In this document: piece by piece, positions 10,361 through 20,267 of the stretch
How positions within the stretch are numbered: position 1 is the stretch's first letter
Layout: every line of letters starts with the position of its first letter
Assembly (NCBI GenBank): GCA_963733195.1
Contig: CAVTCR010000053.1
Span: 38,439 to 102,438 of the forward strand
Source: an uncultured delta proteobacterium
GTDB lineage: Bacteria > Desulfobacterota > Binatia > Bin18
Length of the DNA stretch: 64,000 bases
Reading direction: 5' to 3'
Program-made: the position numbers and the translations under genes
Notes under the pieces: model-generated
Seen by the model: only the letters and a program-made list of their open reading frames with translations
Database searches by the model: none
Told to the model about the DNA's origin: nothing

Positions 10361-10659
10361 ACAGTCTCCGCATCAATCTTATCGTATTCGGCATGAGTCC
10401 CAACAAAGCGAATGTAGATCACTCGATATGGATAATTGATCTTTACAACCAGGCGGTACTTATTGCCACAGATATTGAACACCACGCGGCTCCCCTTCAG
10501 GATACTAGCATCCCCGTACTGGACCTTTACCTCTACTGGGGTAGCCCAGTCGGCTTGACTCACCTGAGCGTACCAGTCTTCCAAGGCTCTTTTGGCATCA
10601 GCAAAACGCCGCTCCCGTTCCCAGAACTGTCGCAGGGTACGCTTAGCGATAATCCGCAC
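10357..10659 (-). CDS. higB: HigB-family type II toxin (mRNA interferase)
   Basis: VRIIAKRTLRQFW...WATP...RVVFNICGNKYRLVVKINY...IRFVGTHAEYDKIDA. Confidence 0.9.
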   Translation of the reverse strand: MRIIAKRTLRQFWERERRFADAKRALEDWYAQVSQADWATPVEVKVQYGDASILKGSRVVFNICGNKYRLVVKINYPYRVIYIRFVGTHAEYDKIDAETV

Positions 10660-10679
10660 GGTGACACTGTACTCCCATA

Positions 10680-10694
10680 TTCCCAATTTGGGAA
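10680..10694. promoter_or_regulatory. Palindromic operator upstream of higB
   Basis: TTCCCAA-T-TTGGGAA perfect inverted repeat ~20 nt upstream of the higB start; type II TA operons are typically autorepressed. Confidence 0.6.
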
Positions 10695-10816
10695 CAGAGC
10701 AGCATTAGACAGGAGCAAGAATCGGGGCTCCTACCAGAGAGAGTGCATCATTGCTAATTCTTGTCCTCAGAGGCGAGGAGAGGTATAGGGAGGGCATCTT
10801 ACGCAAGGAGTGAGCG

Positions 10817-11683
10817 ATGCCACAGACAGGACGCCTCAATAAGGTCATTGAGTTATTGGAGCAAGGCAAGGTCGTTTTCGGTGGTGCGATCGTTGTCCCC
10901 GGCAATGTCGATGACGCCATCGCGTTTGGTGATATGGGGTATGATTTCATCATCTTTGAGATGGAGCATGAAGGCTTCCACCTGCCAAACCTGCGCTTCT
11001 CGTTGCAGTTCCTCTTAGATCGCAAACGGATCGCCACCAAGGGTAGCCTCCAACCCGACATGGTTCCCTTTGTCCGTGTTCCCCCGAACGCGCGGGAGCA
11101 AAATCAGTGGGTCATCAAGCAAACGTTAGATACAGGTGTCTATGGGCTCATCGTGCCGCATTTGGATACGGTCGAGCAGGCCCGCGCCGCAGTGATCGCT
11201 TGTCGCTATCCACAAGCCTTGGGGGTGTCGGATCACGAGCCAGTAGGTCAGCGCGGCTGGGCGCCGATGTGGGCCGCACGATATTGGGGCCTCAACGTGC
11301 AAGAATACACGGCAGCGGCCGATCTGTGGCCGCTCGACTCTCAGGGTGAAATGTTTTTCATGCCGCTTATTGAAGGAGTGGAGGGGGTGCGGAACCTGCC
11401 GCAGATTTTGCGAGAAGTTAAAGGCATCAGTGCCATCTGGGCGGGTTCGGGCGACTTGGCTATGGAATTAGGTGTTCCCTGCAATTTCGGCGATCCACGA
11501 GTGGAAGAGGGGATGCAGCAGATTCTGAGTGCTTGCAAACAGTTCAACGTGCCGTGTGCGTGTATTGCGTTTCGCGAGGAGGATGTAGCGAAACGGATTG
11601 AGCAAGGCTTTCGCATCATCATTACGATCCCCACTCGCACCGATCGGGCTTTTGCAGCAGGGAAAAAACTGGCTAGTCGGTAG
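10817..11683 (+). CDS. HpcH/HpaI aldolase family protein
   Basis: DFIIFEMEH, VPFVRVP, LDTGVYGLIVPH, CRYP, GQRGW, LIEGVEGVRNL, GSGDL. Confidence 0.85.
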   Translation: MPQTGRLNKVIELLEQGKVVFGGAIVVPGNVDDAIAFGDMGYDFIIFEMEHEGFHLPNLRFSLQFLLDRKRIATKGSLQPDMVPFVRVPPNAREQNQWVIKQTLDTGVYGLIVPHLDTVEQARAAVIACRYPQALGVSDHEPVGQRGWAPMWAARYWGLNVQEYTAAADLWPLDSQGEMFFMPLIEGVEGVRNLPQILREVKGISAIWAGSGDLAMELGVPCNFGDPRVEEGMQQILSACKQFNVPCACIAFREEDVAKRIEQGFRIIITIPTRTDRAFAAGKKLASR

Positions 11684-11709
11684 ACGTGATCGAGAAAGGA
11701 GATTGAATC

Positions 11710-12637
11710 ATGCCGGAATGGAAACCGCCAACGCAGACTGAGGTTGAAGGATACTTTAAGCGTCTCAATAATTGGGGACGTTGGGGAAACGACGATCAGC
11801 GTGGCACGCTCAATTTGATTACTCCAGAGAAGCAAGCGACTGCGGTTGCTTTGGCCCGCAAGGGGCGTGTGGTCTCGCTGTCGCGGGATCTTACGACACA
11901 GCAACCAACGTTAGACTATCACATGTTGTGTCCGGTCCGACGTGGTAACTCTAAAGCTGCAGTCGATTATTTCGGGCTGGTGTATCATGGGCTCACGGTG
12001 ACTCACATGGATGCCCTCTGTCATGTCGAGTATCAAGGGCAAGCTGTATAATGGCCGAAGCTTTGACGACAGTGTCCGTTTCGGCGGAGCCCAATGGGGT
12101 GCACTGGATGTGTGGTTCGACGGTGTTGTCACTCGTGGTGTGTTGCTCGACGTTGCGGCTGGACGAGCAGAAGGATACGTCGATATTGGCAAACCTGTGA
12201 CTCCTCCCGAACTAGATGCGGCTGCGGCCCGAGCTGGAATCAAGGTCGAGTCTGGCGATGTCGTCGTGATACGCAGTGGGCGGGCACCGTATGAAGCTGC
12301 GAAGACCAGTCTTGCCGCCGCGATTTCTCCGCAGAGCTTCACTGTGAATGCTCGCCCTGGTCTGCATATCGCCTGCCTGGAGTGGTTACGCGAACATGAT
12401 ATCTCAGCAGTCGCGTGGGATATGCTGGATGAATATCCAGTTGGCTATAATGGGATCGATTTTGGTGTCCATCTGGGGATTCCGTTTCTGGGGCTATGCC
12501 TGATTGATAATGCCGATCCTGAGCGTCTAGTAGCTGCCTGTGCAGAGGAGAAGCGGTACGAGTTTCTCTTTGTTGCCATGCCGTTGCGCATTGCCGGGAG
12601 TACGGGGTCTCCTTGCCAGCCAGTCGCTATTTTTTAG
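11710..12637 (+). CDS. Cyclase family (kynurenine formamidase-like) metallohydrolase (frameshift near 12040)
   Basis: NNWGRWGNDDQRGTLN, HGLTVTHMDALCH, GVVTRGVLLDV, GSTGSP. Confidence 0.85.
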
Positions 12638-12714
12638 TTTACAGGGAGAATTTCTCCTGTACCGCTCTGGTAGTACGGCAGTCACGGCTTTCTCCATCTA
12701 AGTACGGGCAACCA

Positions 12715-13161
12715 CTACTTCGCGGGCTTCAGCTTCGCCCCGTGTTGAGCGAAATACGTTCCCAAGCGACCGGCTTCTGCATCTGTTATCGAGTCTGTAA
12801 GGCGACGAATGCGGTCGCCTGCAAACACGGCCCGTTCTTCGCCTTCCATGCGGCAGTTTGGTGCACCGGCAAGCGTATAAATCCCGGCCCACCGTACCCA
12901 TACCTCGCCATCCTTCTCGCTTGGACCTTCGAGCACTTCGATTGTGCGCGAATCGAAACGACGATCCAGACCGTTGACGGAATTCTTGAATTGCGCGAGG
13001 ACGGCAGCTCGCCCTTCATACTTCCCACCAAACGGTGCCGGTGCAATAAACTCGTACACCGCATCTTCGGTGAAAAACGGTTCGAGCTTCGACCAGTTGT
13101 CACTCGCGTATGCTTCTTCAAAAGCCGTGGCGTACGCTACATATCGATCAATTGTTCCCAT
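12715..13161 (-). CDS. NTF2/SnoaL-like protein
   Basis: AFEEAYASDNWSKLEPFFTEDAVY...GRAAVLAQF; RBS AGGAGG. Confidence 0.75.
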   Translation of the reverse strand: MGTIDRYVAYATAFEEAYASDNWSKLEPFFTEDAVYEFIAPAPFGGKYEGRAAVLAQFKNSVNGLDRRFDSRTIEVLEGPSEKDGEVWVRWAGIYTLAGAPNCRMEGEERAVFAGDRIRRLTDSITDAEAGRLGTYFAQHGAKLKPAK

Positions 13162-13185
13162 AAGGTTCCTCCTTAAAAATGAATA

Positions 13186-13512
13186 TTAGAGCCGTGCTGT
13201 TTGTGGGTGTGCCAGCAAGTTTGGCTCTGTACCGAAGCGGCGGATCAAATAGAGCAACGGACCAACGCTGCCGAGTGCGAGTGTAAGAAGCACGTAAGGA
13301 ACGAGTGAAATTCCTTGGATTTTTGCGTCCTTATACATCCACCAAAGAATCAAACTTAAGGCTATAGAAAGATCGACAAGCGCGGCGATAGTGGCGCTGT
13401 TGGCCAATATCAATTCCCAGAAGCCGATATAGCCGTACTGATAGATGACATAGGCGTTAAGACCTAAGAAGCTCACGAGGACAGCTTCTAATCCGAGTTG
13501 TTTGGCATTCAT
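13186..13512 (-). CDS. Small 3-TM membrane protein (DUF2834-like)
   Basis: ALVDLSIALSLILWWMYKDAK...GSVGPLLYL; RBS AAGGAG. Confidence 0.7.
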   Translation of the reverse strand: MNAKQLGLEAVLVSFLGLNAYVIYQYGYIGFWELILANSATIAALVDLSIALSLILWWMYKDAKIQGISLVPYVLLTLALGSVGPLLYLIRRFGTEPNLLAHPQTARL

Positions 13513-13577
13513 GATAGACTCCTTTCTTTTGACTTTTCTGCGAGCGGGGAATTACAGGTGTCTGGCTTTCGTGACTA

Positions 13578-13593
13578 AGCAACTGCTGTGCCG
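13578..13593 (-). promoter_or_regulatory. Sigma-54 -24/-12 promoter for the DUF2834-SnoaL operon
   Basis: Minus strand reads CGGCAC-AGCAG-TTGCT (consensus YGGCAC-N5-TTGCW), ~65 nt upstream of the ATG and divergent from a sigma54 activator system. Confidence 0.75.
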
Positions 13594-13800
13594 CTGCTGG
13601 AGATCTCGGGCGAAACCTTGTGTCCTCTGTTCTTGCATGGTTGCGCGCGAATATCCTCATCGGTGCTGTGACAATAAATGTTGCAACTCTGCAACGTGCG
13701 TGGCGTCGAGTGCAACACGCAACACGTAAACGTAGTCACGAATGCCTGACACGTCCACTCTGAAACGGCAGGTACGTTCTTTGCTCTCATCAGTGCTAAT

Positions 13801-14793
13801 ATGCAAAGCATTATGCACGCTACGCGACGATGGAGTCTCTGGGGATTGTTTGCCGGTGCCCTCATGGGATTGGGCGATTTACTCGCCTTTCTCTCATTTG
13901 GCCTAGAAATGAATTGGGCCGGACGAAGTGTGATGACGGAGGTCATGATCCTCTTCATGGTGACGTACGGAGTCCTCGGATATGTGATTGGCAAACTCAT
14001 GGAAGCGCGCGCGCAAGCGCGAGCAGATGCCCGCACCATTGAATCTCAACTCCATGCGCTCGAAACCTCGCAACGTCTCGCGCTGCAAAACGAGAAACTC
14101 GCAGCGATCGGCCGCCTTGCTGCTGGTATCGCCCACGAGGTACGCAATCCGCTCGGCGTGATTCGTGCCTCGGCGTCGATGGTACAAGAACATTTCACTG
14201 CTGGTGAAGAAGCATATCGTGCGTGCGATTTTATTCGTGAGGAGATCGATCGATTGAATGGATTGATTACCTCATTATTAAATTTTGCGCGACCTGCGGA
14301 GTTGCGCTTACAGCCGGTTGCCATCGAACAGGTCATCGATAAAGCCCTCCACCTGACCAGCGACGAATTGCAACGTCGTGGCATTACCCTCACGCGCGAG
14401 AGCACTGGTACGTTACCACTGGTGTTGGCTGACCCGGATCTCGTGGCACAAGTTGTGTTTGGGTTGCTGGTAAACGCAGCCGAGGCGATTGATCAGAACG
14501 GCCTGATTATTGTACGTACCGTGAGTGAGCAAAACGAAGTTGGTGTGGAGGTTATCGATACCGGACCAGGGATCTTGCCGACCGATAGCGAGCGGATTTT
14601 TGAGCCATTCTTTACCACAAAACCAACTGGCACTGGCTTGGGATTACCTATGGCCGCACGGATTGTGCAAGCGCACGGAGGAACGATCGAGGTTGTGACG
14701 GACAAGAATGTAGAAAACAAGAACACAGGGGCACGGTTTCGTATCCGACTGCCGCTGCAAGGGCCGGTAGCGGTACAGAGGCATGCTGCATGA
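13801..14793 (+). CDS. Sensor histidine kinase (2 TM, HisKA + HATPase)
   Basis: AHEVRNPL H-box, NAAEA N-box, DTGPGI, FEPFFTTK, GTGLGL. Confidence 0.92.
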   Translation: MQSIMHATRRWSLWGLFAGALMGLGDLLAFLSFGLEMNWAGRSVMTEVMILFMVTYGVLGYVIGKLMEARAQARADARTIESQLHALETSQRLALQNEKLAAIGRLAAGIAHEVRNPLGVIRASASMVQEHFTAGEEAYRACDFIREEIDRLNGLITSLLNFARPAELRLQPVAIEQVIDKALHLTSDELQRRGITLTRESTGTLPLVLADPDLVAQVVFGLLVNAAEAIDQNGLIIVRTVSEQNEVGVEVIDTGPGILPTDSERIFEPFFTTKPTGTGLGLPMAARIVQAHGGTIEVVTDKNVENKNTGARFRIRLPLQGPVAVQRHAA

Positions 14794-16193
14794 AGCCGCA
14801 GTTACTGATTCTTGATGATGAACAACGCATGGTCGATATTCTCGCGATGGTTCTTCGTCGTGAAGGTTACGAGGTGCAGTCGTTCATACAACCCGCCAGT
14901 GCCCTTGAGGCGCTGCGTACAGAACCCTTTGATCTGTTATTGACCGATTTGAAGATGCCTGGCGCAGATGGCCTTACCGTGCTCCGTGACGCCAAGACAA
15001 TTGACCCTGAGTTGCCGGTGATTCTGATTACTGCCCATGCGACCGTGGCAACTGCGATCACCGCGATACGAGAAGGCGCGTTCGATTACGTCGAAAAACC
15101 CTTCGACAATGACGAACTCAAAACTCTCGTTCACCGCGCGCTCGATGTCACACGTTTGGCGCGTGAGAACCGCTACCTGCGAGCTGAGCTGCGCAGCCGC
15201 TATCAATTGGATTCGTTGGTGGCAGAGAGTAGTGCGATGCGCGAGGTGCTTGAGCTTGTCCGCCGCGCGGCCCGGAGTCGGAGTACAGTACTCATTACGG
15301 GTGAGAGCGGAACCGGAAAAGAGGTTATTGCCCGAGCTGTGCATTATCACAGTGACCGGGTTGGGAAACCCTTTCTTGCCGTCAACTGTAAGGCATTCGC
15401 CGAGAGTGTATTAGAGTCAGAGTTATTCGGTCATGAAAAGGGAGCCTTTACTGGCGCCGACCGAGCTAAGCCTGGACTCTTTGAACGAGCCGATGGTGGA
15501 ACGCTCTTCTTGGATGAGATTGCAGAAGTCAGTGCTGACTTCCAGGGAAAGTTGCTTCGAGTGCTGCAAGAGCGCAAGTTCTATCGGGTTGGTGGCACAG
15601 CCGAACGCGCGACGGATGTACGACTGGTGGCTGCAACCAATCGGGAACTTCGTTCAGAGGTTACAGCCGGACGATTCCGTGAAGACCTCTACTTTCGTCT
15701 TGCAGTGATTCCTATCCATTTACCACCATTGAGAGAACGTCATGAGGATATATTGCCGTTAGCTCGCCACTTTCTTGCCAAATGGAATACGGAACTGTCA
15801 CGCAAAGTGACAGGGTGGAACCCAGCGGTAGAAACGTACCTCCTGCATCATTCATGGCCCGGTAATGTGCGCGAACTGGAAAATACTATCGAACGAGGAG
15901 TAGTGTTAGCTCAGCATGAGTGTATTGAGTTGGAAGATTTATTGATTGACGTCAATACAGAAGCTCCATCTCGTGAAGCGGGCACTCAGAGTGAAAACCT
16001 GCAAACGTTTCTCGACCGTGCAGCTGCCGACCACGTGCGCGCAGTGCTTAAAGAGGTCGGTGGTGCTCGGATTGAGGCCGCGAAACGGTTAGGGATTGAA
16101 CGGACGACGCTGTATCGGTTGATGCGGAAGTATGGGATTGCTGAGCTCGTAGGAGCGTATGGTCTACGCTCCTACGAGAGCAAAACACTGTGA
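14790..16193 (+). CDS. Sigma-54-dependent response regulator (NtrC/AtoC type)
   Basis: Receiver TDLKMPG, GESGTGKE, GAFTGA, WPGNVREL, Fis-type HTH; ATGA overlap with the kinase. Confidence 0.95.
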   Translation: MKPQLLILDDEQRMVDILAMVLRREGYEVQSFIQPASALEALRTEPFDLLLTDLKMPGADGLTVLRDAKTIDPELPVILITAHATVATAITAIREGAFDYVEKPFDNDELKTLVHRALDVTRLARENRYLRAELRSRYQLDSLVAESSAMREVLELVRRAARSRSTVLITGESGTGKEVIARAVHYHSDRVGKPFLAVNCKAFAESVLESELFGHEKGAFTGADRAKPGLFERADGGTLFLDEIAEVSADFQGKLLRVLQERKFYRVGGTAERATDVRLVAATNRELRSEVTAGRFREDLYFRLAVIPIHLPPLRERHEDILPLARHFLAKWNTELSRKVTGWNPAVETYLLHHSWPGNVRELENTIERGVVLAQHECIELEDLLIDVNTEAPSREAGTQSENLQTFLDRAAADHVRAVLKEVGGARIEAAKRLGIERTTLYRLMRKYGIAELVGAYGLRSYESKTL

Positions 16194-16240
16194 GATGTGT
16201 GCCTCTGCGATATCTGCTGGAACTAAATATTCGACCTGTC

Positions 16241-16486
16241 TTACGCTTGCTTGACGAGACGCAGTACAAAAAGGAGGACAAGAGCGCCAACCGTCGCAAC
16301 AATGAGAGCGCCTAGCAGACCTCCACCGGCAGAGACGCCGAGGCTCCTGAAGAGAAATCCTCCAATCAACGCACCAATGACGCCGACAACGATGTCACCG
16401 ACAGTACCGAAACCGCCGCCTTTCATAAGTTGTCCGGCGAGCCAGCCAGCCGCTAAACCAATGAGGATGAACCAAAGGAATTCCAT
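16241..16486 (-). CDS. GlsB/YeaQ/YmgE stress response membrane protein
   Basis: GLAAGWLAG...GDIVVGVIGALIGGFLF...ATVGALVLL. Confidence 0.9.
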   Translation of the reverse strand: MEFLWFILIGLAAGWLAGQLMKGGGFGTVGDIVVGVIGALIGGFLFRSLGVSAGGGLLGALIVATVGALVLLFVLRLVKQA

Positions 16487-16592
16487 GGCTTTCTCCTTTC
16501 TTCAGGGGGAACGAAGAAATCCTTCCCCCTCCGTTTTAGACAACTCAGCCCAGCAGACATTTTCTCTAGCGATAGTTGAGTAGGCTTGATCT

Positions 16593-17894
16593 TCACTTCT
16601 TGGTCACGACTAGCTCTAACCGCCGATTCTGTGCCCGGCCTTCTTCAGTATCATTTGACGCCGTCGGCTTCTCTTGTCCATACCCCATAGTAGACAAACG
16701 GGCTGCATTAATACCGCCTGTCGTCATAATGGATTTGACCGAATCCGCTCGGTCCTGAGAGAGCTTCTTGTTTGCCTCAGCATCACCAACACTATCTGTG
16801 TGGCCTTCCAAGCGCGCTTCAGTGGAAGGGTAGGCTGTAAGGATTGCAGTAAGATTCTTCACTGTCTGTTCAGATTCAGGCGTAAGCTTGGTTGTCCCAA
16901 ACTCGAAGTTGAGGTTATCGAAGATAAAAGTACGCGGTACGGTCGTATCCGCCCTATCAGACAGAAACTTTGCGAGCTTGTAGTTAAATGAGCCGGTGGT
17001 GAGCGAGAGAGTTGCTCCGCCCGGAAGCGCGACGCTCTCGGCTGGAGGTGCTGCCGGTGCAGAGCGCGGTGCGGGTTCTGCCACCGGTGCCGGTGGGGGA
17101 GGTGGTGCCGGCCGTGCTACTGGAGGTGGTGGAGGAGTCGCTTCTCGCTTCGCGATTGGTGCTGGCTCTTCACTGCAACCGCGAGAGAAGAGCAACCACG
17201 GAATCAGAAGCCCAGCAAGCAGCAATGGAATAAGCCATTTTCCAATCCCACTCCCTTCGCGTGCTGCTTCGACGGCTCGCGTCGTGGTGGCCCTGGCAGT
17301 TCCCGTAGCAACCCGTGCTGCTGTGTCTGCCAGCCCTGAGCCGAGATTTCCTAAATTCGCAAGCCCGAGAACACCGGCGAGTCCTGCTGGAGCGGCCTTC
17401 GCGATCAGGTCTTTCTGGCCCATCAGCAGATTTACAAGACTGGAGGCGTTCAATCCTTGTGACGCAGTTTCCCGCCCGATCAGGCCGAGTAACAAGGGTG
17501 CAATGAGACTAAGGAGCGACGACGCTGACGTGCTTTTAATCCCGCTGTTATTCGCTATCAAGTCTGTCAGTGCGCCAAGCCTGCCACCGAAAATGATACC
17601 AAGCAGATCTTTGCCGGTTTTTAGCAAATCCTGCGTCGAACTTCCACCGCTGAGTAGGCCGGACAGATTACCCAAGAGGCTCGCATAATTGCCCTGCGTG
17701 AGCAGACTGATGAGACGTCCAGGACCGTCTGCGTTAGAAGATGCGAAGTTCAACAATCCAGCCAGTACGCTCGGGATCGCACCATCAACCGCCTTTTGCG
17801 TGTTGGTTGGGCTTTCGCCGATCAGCGTACTGACCTTCTGCATAATATCCGGTGTCAGCGCTCCTTTCGCTAGATCCAATAGATTGATTGCCAT
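16593..17894 (-). CDS. DUF937 + TM + Pro-rich linker + OmpA-like peptidoglycan-binding domain protein
   Basis: MAINLLD..., LNFEFGTT, EGHTDSVG...LSQDRADSV...GYGQEKP...NRRLEL. Confidence 0.88.
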   Translation of the reverse strand: MAINLLDLAKGALTPDIMQKVSTLIGESPTNTQKAVDGAIPSVLAGLLNFASSNADGPGRLISLLTQGNYASLLGNLSGLLSGGSSTQDLLKTGKDLLGIIFGGRLGALTDLIANNSGIKSTSASSLLSLIAPLLLGLIGRETASQGLNASSLVNLLMGQKDLIAKAAPAGLAGVLGLANLGNLGSGLADTAARVATGTARATTTRAVEAAREGSGIGKWLIPLLLAGLLIPWLLFSRGCSEEPAPIAKREATPPPPPVARPAPPPPPAPVAEPAPRSAPAAPPAESVALPGGATLSLTTGSFNYKLAKFLSDRADTTVPRTFIFDNLNFEFGTTKLTPESEQTVKNLTAILTAYPSTEARLEGHTDSVGDAEANKKLSQDRADSVKSIMTTGGINAARLSTMGYGQEKPTASNDTEEGRAQNRRLELVVTKK

Positions 17895-18227
17895 AACCCT
17901 ACCTCCTTGCAAAAAAGATTTACTACTTGGTTTCGTAGTCACAGTTACGTCACGTTTTAGTGCCTTGCAAGTAAAAACTGGGAAAAGGAAAGAATCGTCC
18001 TACTGGTGGAATTCCTAGAGAAAGAAGGATGGTCCGATAGCCTAAGTGATCACAATGTCCTTGTGGCGTGTCTGGCAGAAGAAATCAAGGGTGGCCAACA
18101 TGGACCTGATGCCTGAATGTGGTATAGTGCCGCCGCCGCAGGATATAAAACGTGAAACGCAAAACGTGAAGAGAACCTGAGAGATCCTCTTACATTTTAG
18201 ACATTACCTTTTAGATGGGGGAAGCAA

Positions 18228-19406
18228 ATGAAAAAGAGCGACACTCGTATTCTTACTACCCACGTTGGCAGCCTGCCGCGCAAAGCCGCATTGAGCGATC
18301 TGTTGATTCGCCAAGAGCGCGACGAGAAGATCGACGTGGCCGAGTTGGACCGCTTGGCCGAACAAGCGGTGAAGCATGTCATTGAGAAGCAACTCGAAGC
18401 CGGTGTCGACATTGGTAATGACGGTGAGCAGCCACGCATCGGTTTTCAGACCTATGTGCCGCAACGCATGAAGGGATTTGGTGGCGAGAGTAAACGACCG
18501 ACCCCACAGGACATGCGCGAGTTTCCAGATTTCGTGGCCATTATGCAAAGACGAGAGATGGCGCGCGCCAAGGTGTTTAACGCGCCCGAAGCGAGGGCAG
18601 AGGTGAAGTATGAAGACCTGAGCGGCGTACAAAAGGAATGCGCGCTGACTCGTCGCTGCATGGACCAAGCGCCGAAGCAATTTACTGAACGTTTTATGAC
18701 TGCTGCGTCGCCGGGGATCATCTGTACGACGATGTTGAACGCGTACTACGATTCACACGAACGCTATGTAATGGCGGTCGCTGAACAGATGCGCAAAGAG
18801 TACGAGTACATTTATAGTCAAGGGTTTGTGTTGCAACTTGATGCGCCGGACTTAGCCATGGAACGGACGTTTCTCTACCAAGATCTGTCGGTGAAAGAGT
18901 TTCAGAAGATCGTGGAGCTGCATATCGCGGCAGTCAATCACGCGATGCAGAACATTCCGGCTGACCGGGTGCGGCTTCACATATGCTGGGGAAATTACGA
19001 CGGTCCTCATAATCACGATGTGCCGCTCGAAGACATCCTGCCGATTCTCTATCAAGCAAAAGTTGAGGCCCTGTCGATCGAGATGTCGAACCCCCGCCAT
19101 CAGCATGAATACAAGGTGTTCCGTAAGCATAAATTACCTGCTTCGATGCTTCTGATTCCTGGTGTAATCGACTCAACTACCAACTATATTGAGCCTGCCG
19201 AAGTGGTTGCCGACCGGATTTGTCAGGTCGTGGATGTTGTCGGTGATCGTACACGGGTGATTGCTGGTTCGGATTGCGGCTTCGGTACCTTTGCTGGCTG
19301 GGAGATGGTGGCAGAAACTGTCGTCTGGGAAAAATTAAAAGCCTGTACTGAAGGTGCGCAACTGGCAACGAAACGATTGTGGGGATATAGAGAAAACGAT
19401 GAATGA
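18228..19406 (+). CDS. Cobalamin-independent methionine synthase II (MetE C-terminal-like) family protein
   Basis: ILTTHVGSLPR, DGEQ, LQLDAPDL, HICWGNY, DCGFGT. Confidence 0.9.
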   Translation: MKKSDTRILTTHVGSLPRKAALSDLLIRQERDEKIDVAELDRLAEQAVKHVIEKQLEAGVDIGNDGEQPRIGFQTYVPQRMKGFGGESKRPTPQDMREFPDFVAIMQRREMARAKVFNAPEARAEVKYEDLSGVQKECALTRRCMDQAPKQFTERFMTAASPGIICTTMLNAYYDSHERYVMAVAEQMRKEYEYIYSQGFVLQLDAPDLAMERTFLYQDLSVKEFQKIVELHIAAVNHAMQNIPADRVRLHICWGNYDGPHNHDVPLEDILPILYQAKVEALSIEMSNPRHQHEYKVFRKHKLPASMLLIPGVIDSTTNYIEPAEVVADRICQVVDVVGDRTRVIAGSDCGFGTFAGWEMVAETVVWEKLKACTEGAQLATKRLWGYRENDE

Positions 19407-19548
19407 GAAAAGAATAGAAACGATGTAACAAGGAAAAGGGTCCGTGTAGTTTGCCTGTAGTTTTTGCATTCATCAATCTGCATTCATCATTTTGCATTTT
19501 GTTGCTCCTCTTCAGCAGAAGAGTTCCAAGTGTTAAGTTCTCTCCTCA

Positions 19549-20178
19549 ATGCCATCTTCAAATTCTAATCTCTCGCCGAACTCTGCTCCTTCGCGTTCGT
19601 TGCTCCAGACCATCGGCGCAGTGTTTGACGGCCTTCTGACATTCATTCGCAAAGTGCCGATAGCGGTGCTGTTCGGAGTCTTCGGTATCATCCTCTATTA
19701 TCGCTACACCGAACAAACACCAGAAAAAAAATTGGAGCAGTTCTCCAATGTTGGTGAGATGGAACGTGAGCCGGAGATTCCAGCAGATTTCCCCAAAGAT
19801 GCGAACCCCTCGGTGCTCACATGCGTCTATAGGGTGAACGCGGAATTGGATAAAAGCCTGTGGTCTGACGTGTATTTCGGTATGGAAGTGCGCCTCGATG
19901 GAAAGATGTTCACCGCCAAAGTGACAGAGAAGTGGCAGGAATTGTCTGACGATAAGCAAAAGACAGTGGTGCAGTTCATCGTTGACACTTGGATTCAACA
20001 TGGGCAGGCACTCAAGCTCTTCACTGCTCGTGAAGAAATGGACGAAGTGACTATTAAACGGCTCCCAGATGATCAAGTTGTTGCAACCTGGAAGCCTTCG
20101 ACTGGGGTACGGATGATGAATCCACAGTCCGGAGTGGAGAAAATAGTTAAGAGTGAACAGTTAAGAGTGAAGAGTTAA
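19549..20178 (+). CDS. Hypothetical single-TM protein
   Basis: 209-aa ORF with one hydrophobic segment; the C-terminus runs into a heptamer repeat. Confidence 0.55.
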   Translation: MPSSNSNLSPNSAPSRSLLQTIGAVFDGLLTFIRKVPIAVLFGVFGIILYYRYTEQTPEKKLEQFSNVGEMEREPEIPADFPKDANPSVLTCVYRVNAELDKSLWSDVYFGMEVRLDGKMFTAKVTEKWQELSDDKQKTVVQFIVDTWIQHGQALKLFTAREEMDEVTIKRLPDDQVVATWKPSTGVRMMNPQSGVEKIVKSEQLRVKS

Positions 20179-20256
20179 GGAGTTAAGAATTAAAGTAAGA
20201 ATGAAGAGTCTTCTTAACTAATTAATTCTTCATTCTTCATTCTTAATTCTTCATTG
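20145..20256. repeat. Inverted heptamer repeat spacer
   Basis: AGTTAAG/AGTGAAC/AGTTAAG/AGTGAAG/AGTTAAG arm followed by (ATTCTTC/ATTCTTA)n arm. Confidence 0.8.
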
Positions 20257-20267
20257 CCGAGAGGCTT

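Noticed and set aside
16996-17688. 230-aa Gly/Ala-rich plus-strand ORF and similar antisense ORFs (e.g. 50521..51501, 53561..54193, 18204..18680)
   Set aside because: These are shadow frames opposite well-supported genes, with no motifs or RBS.
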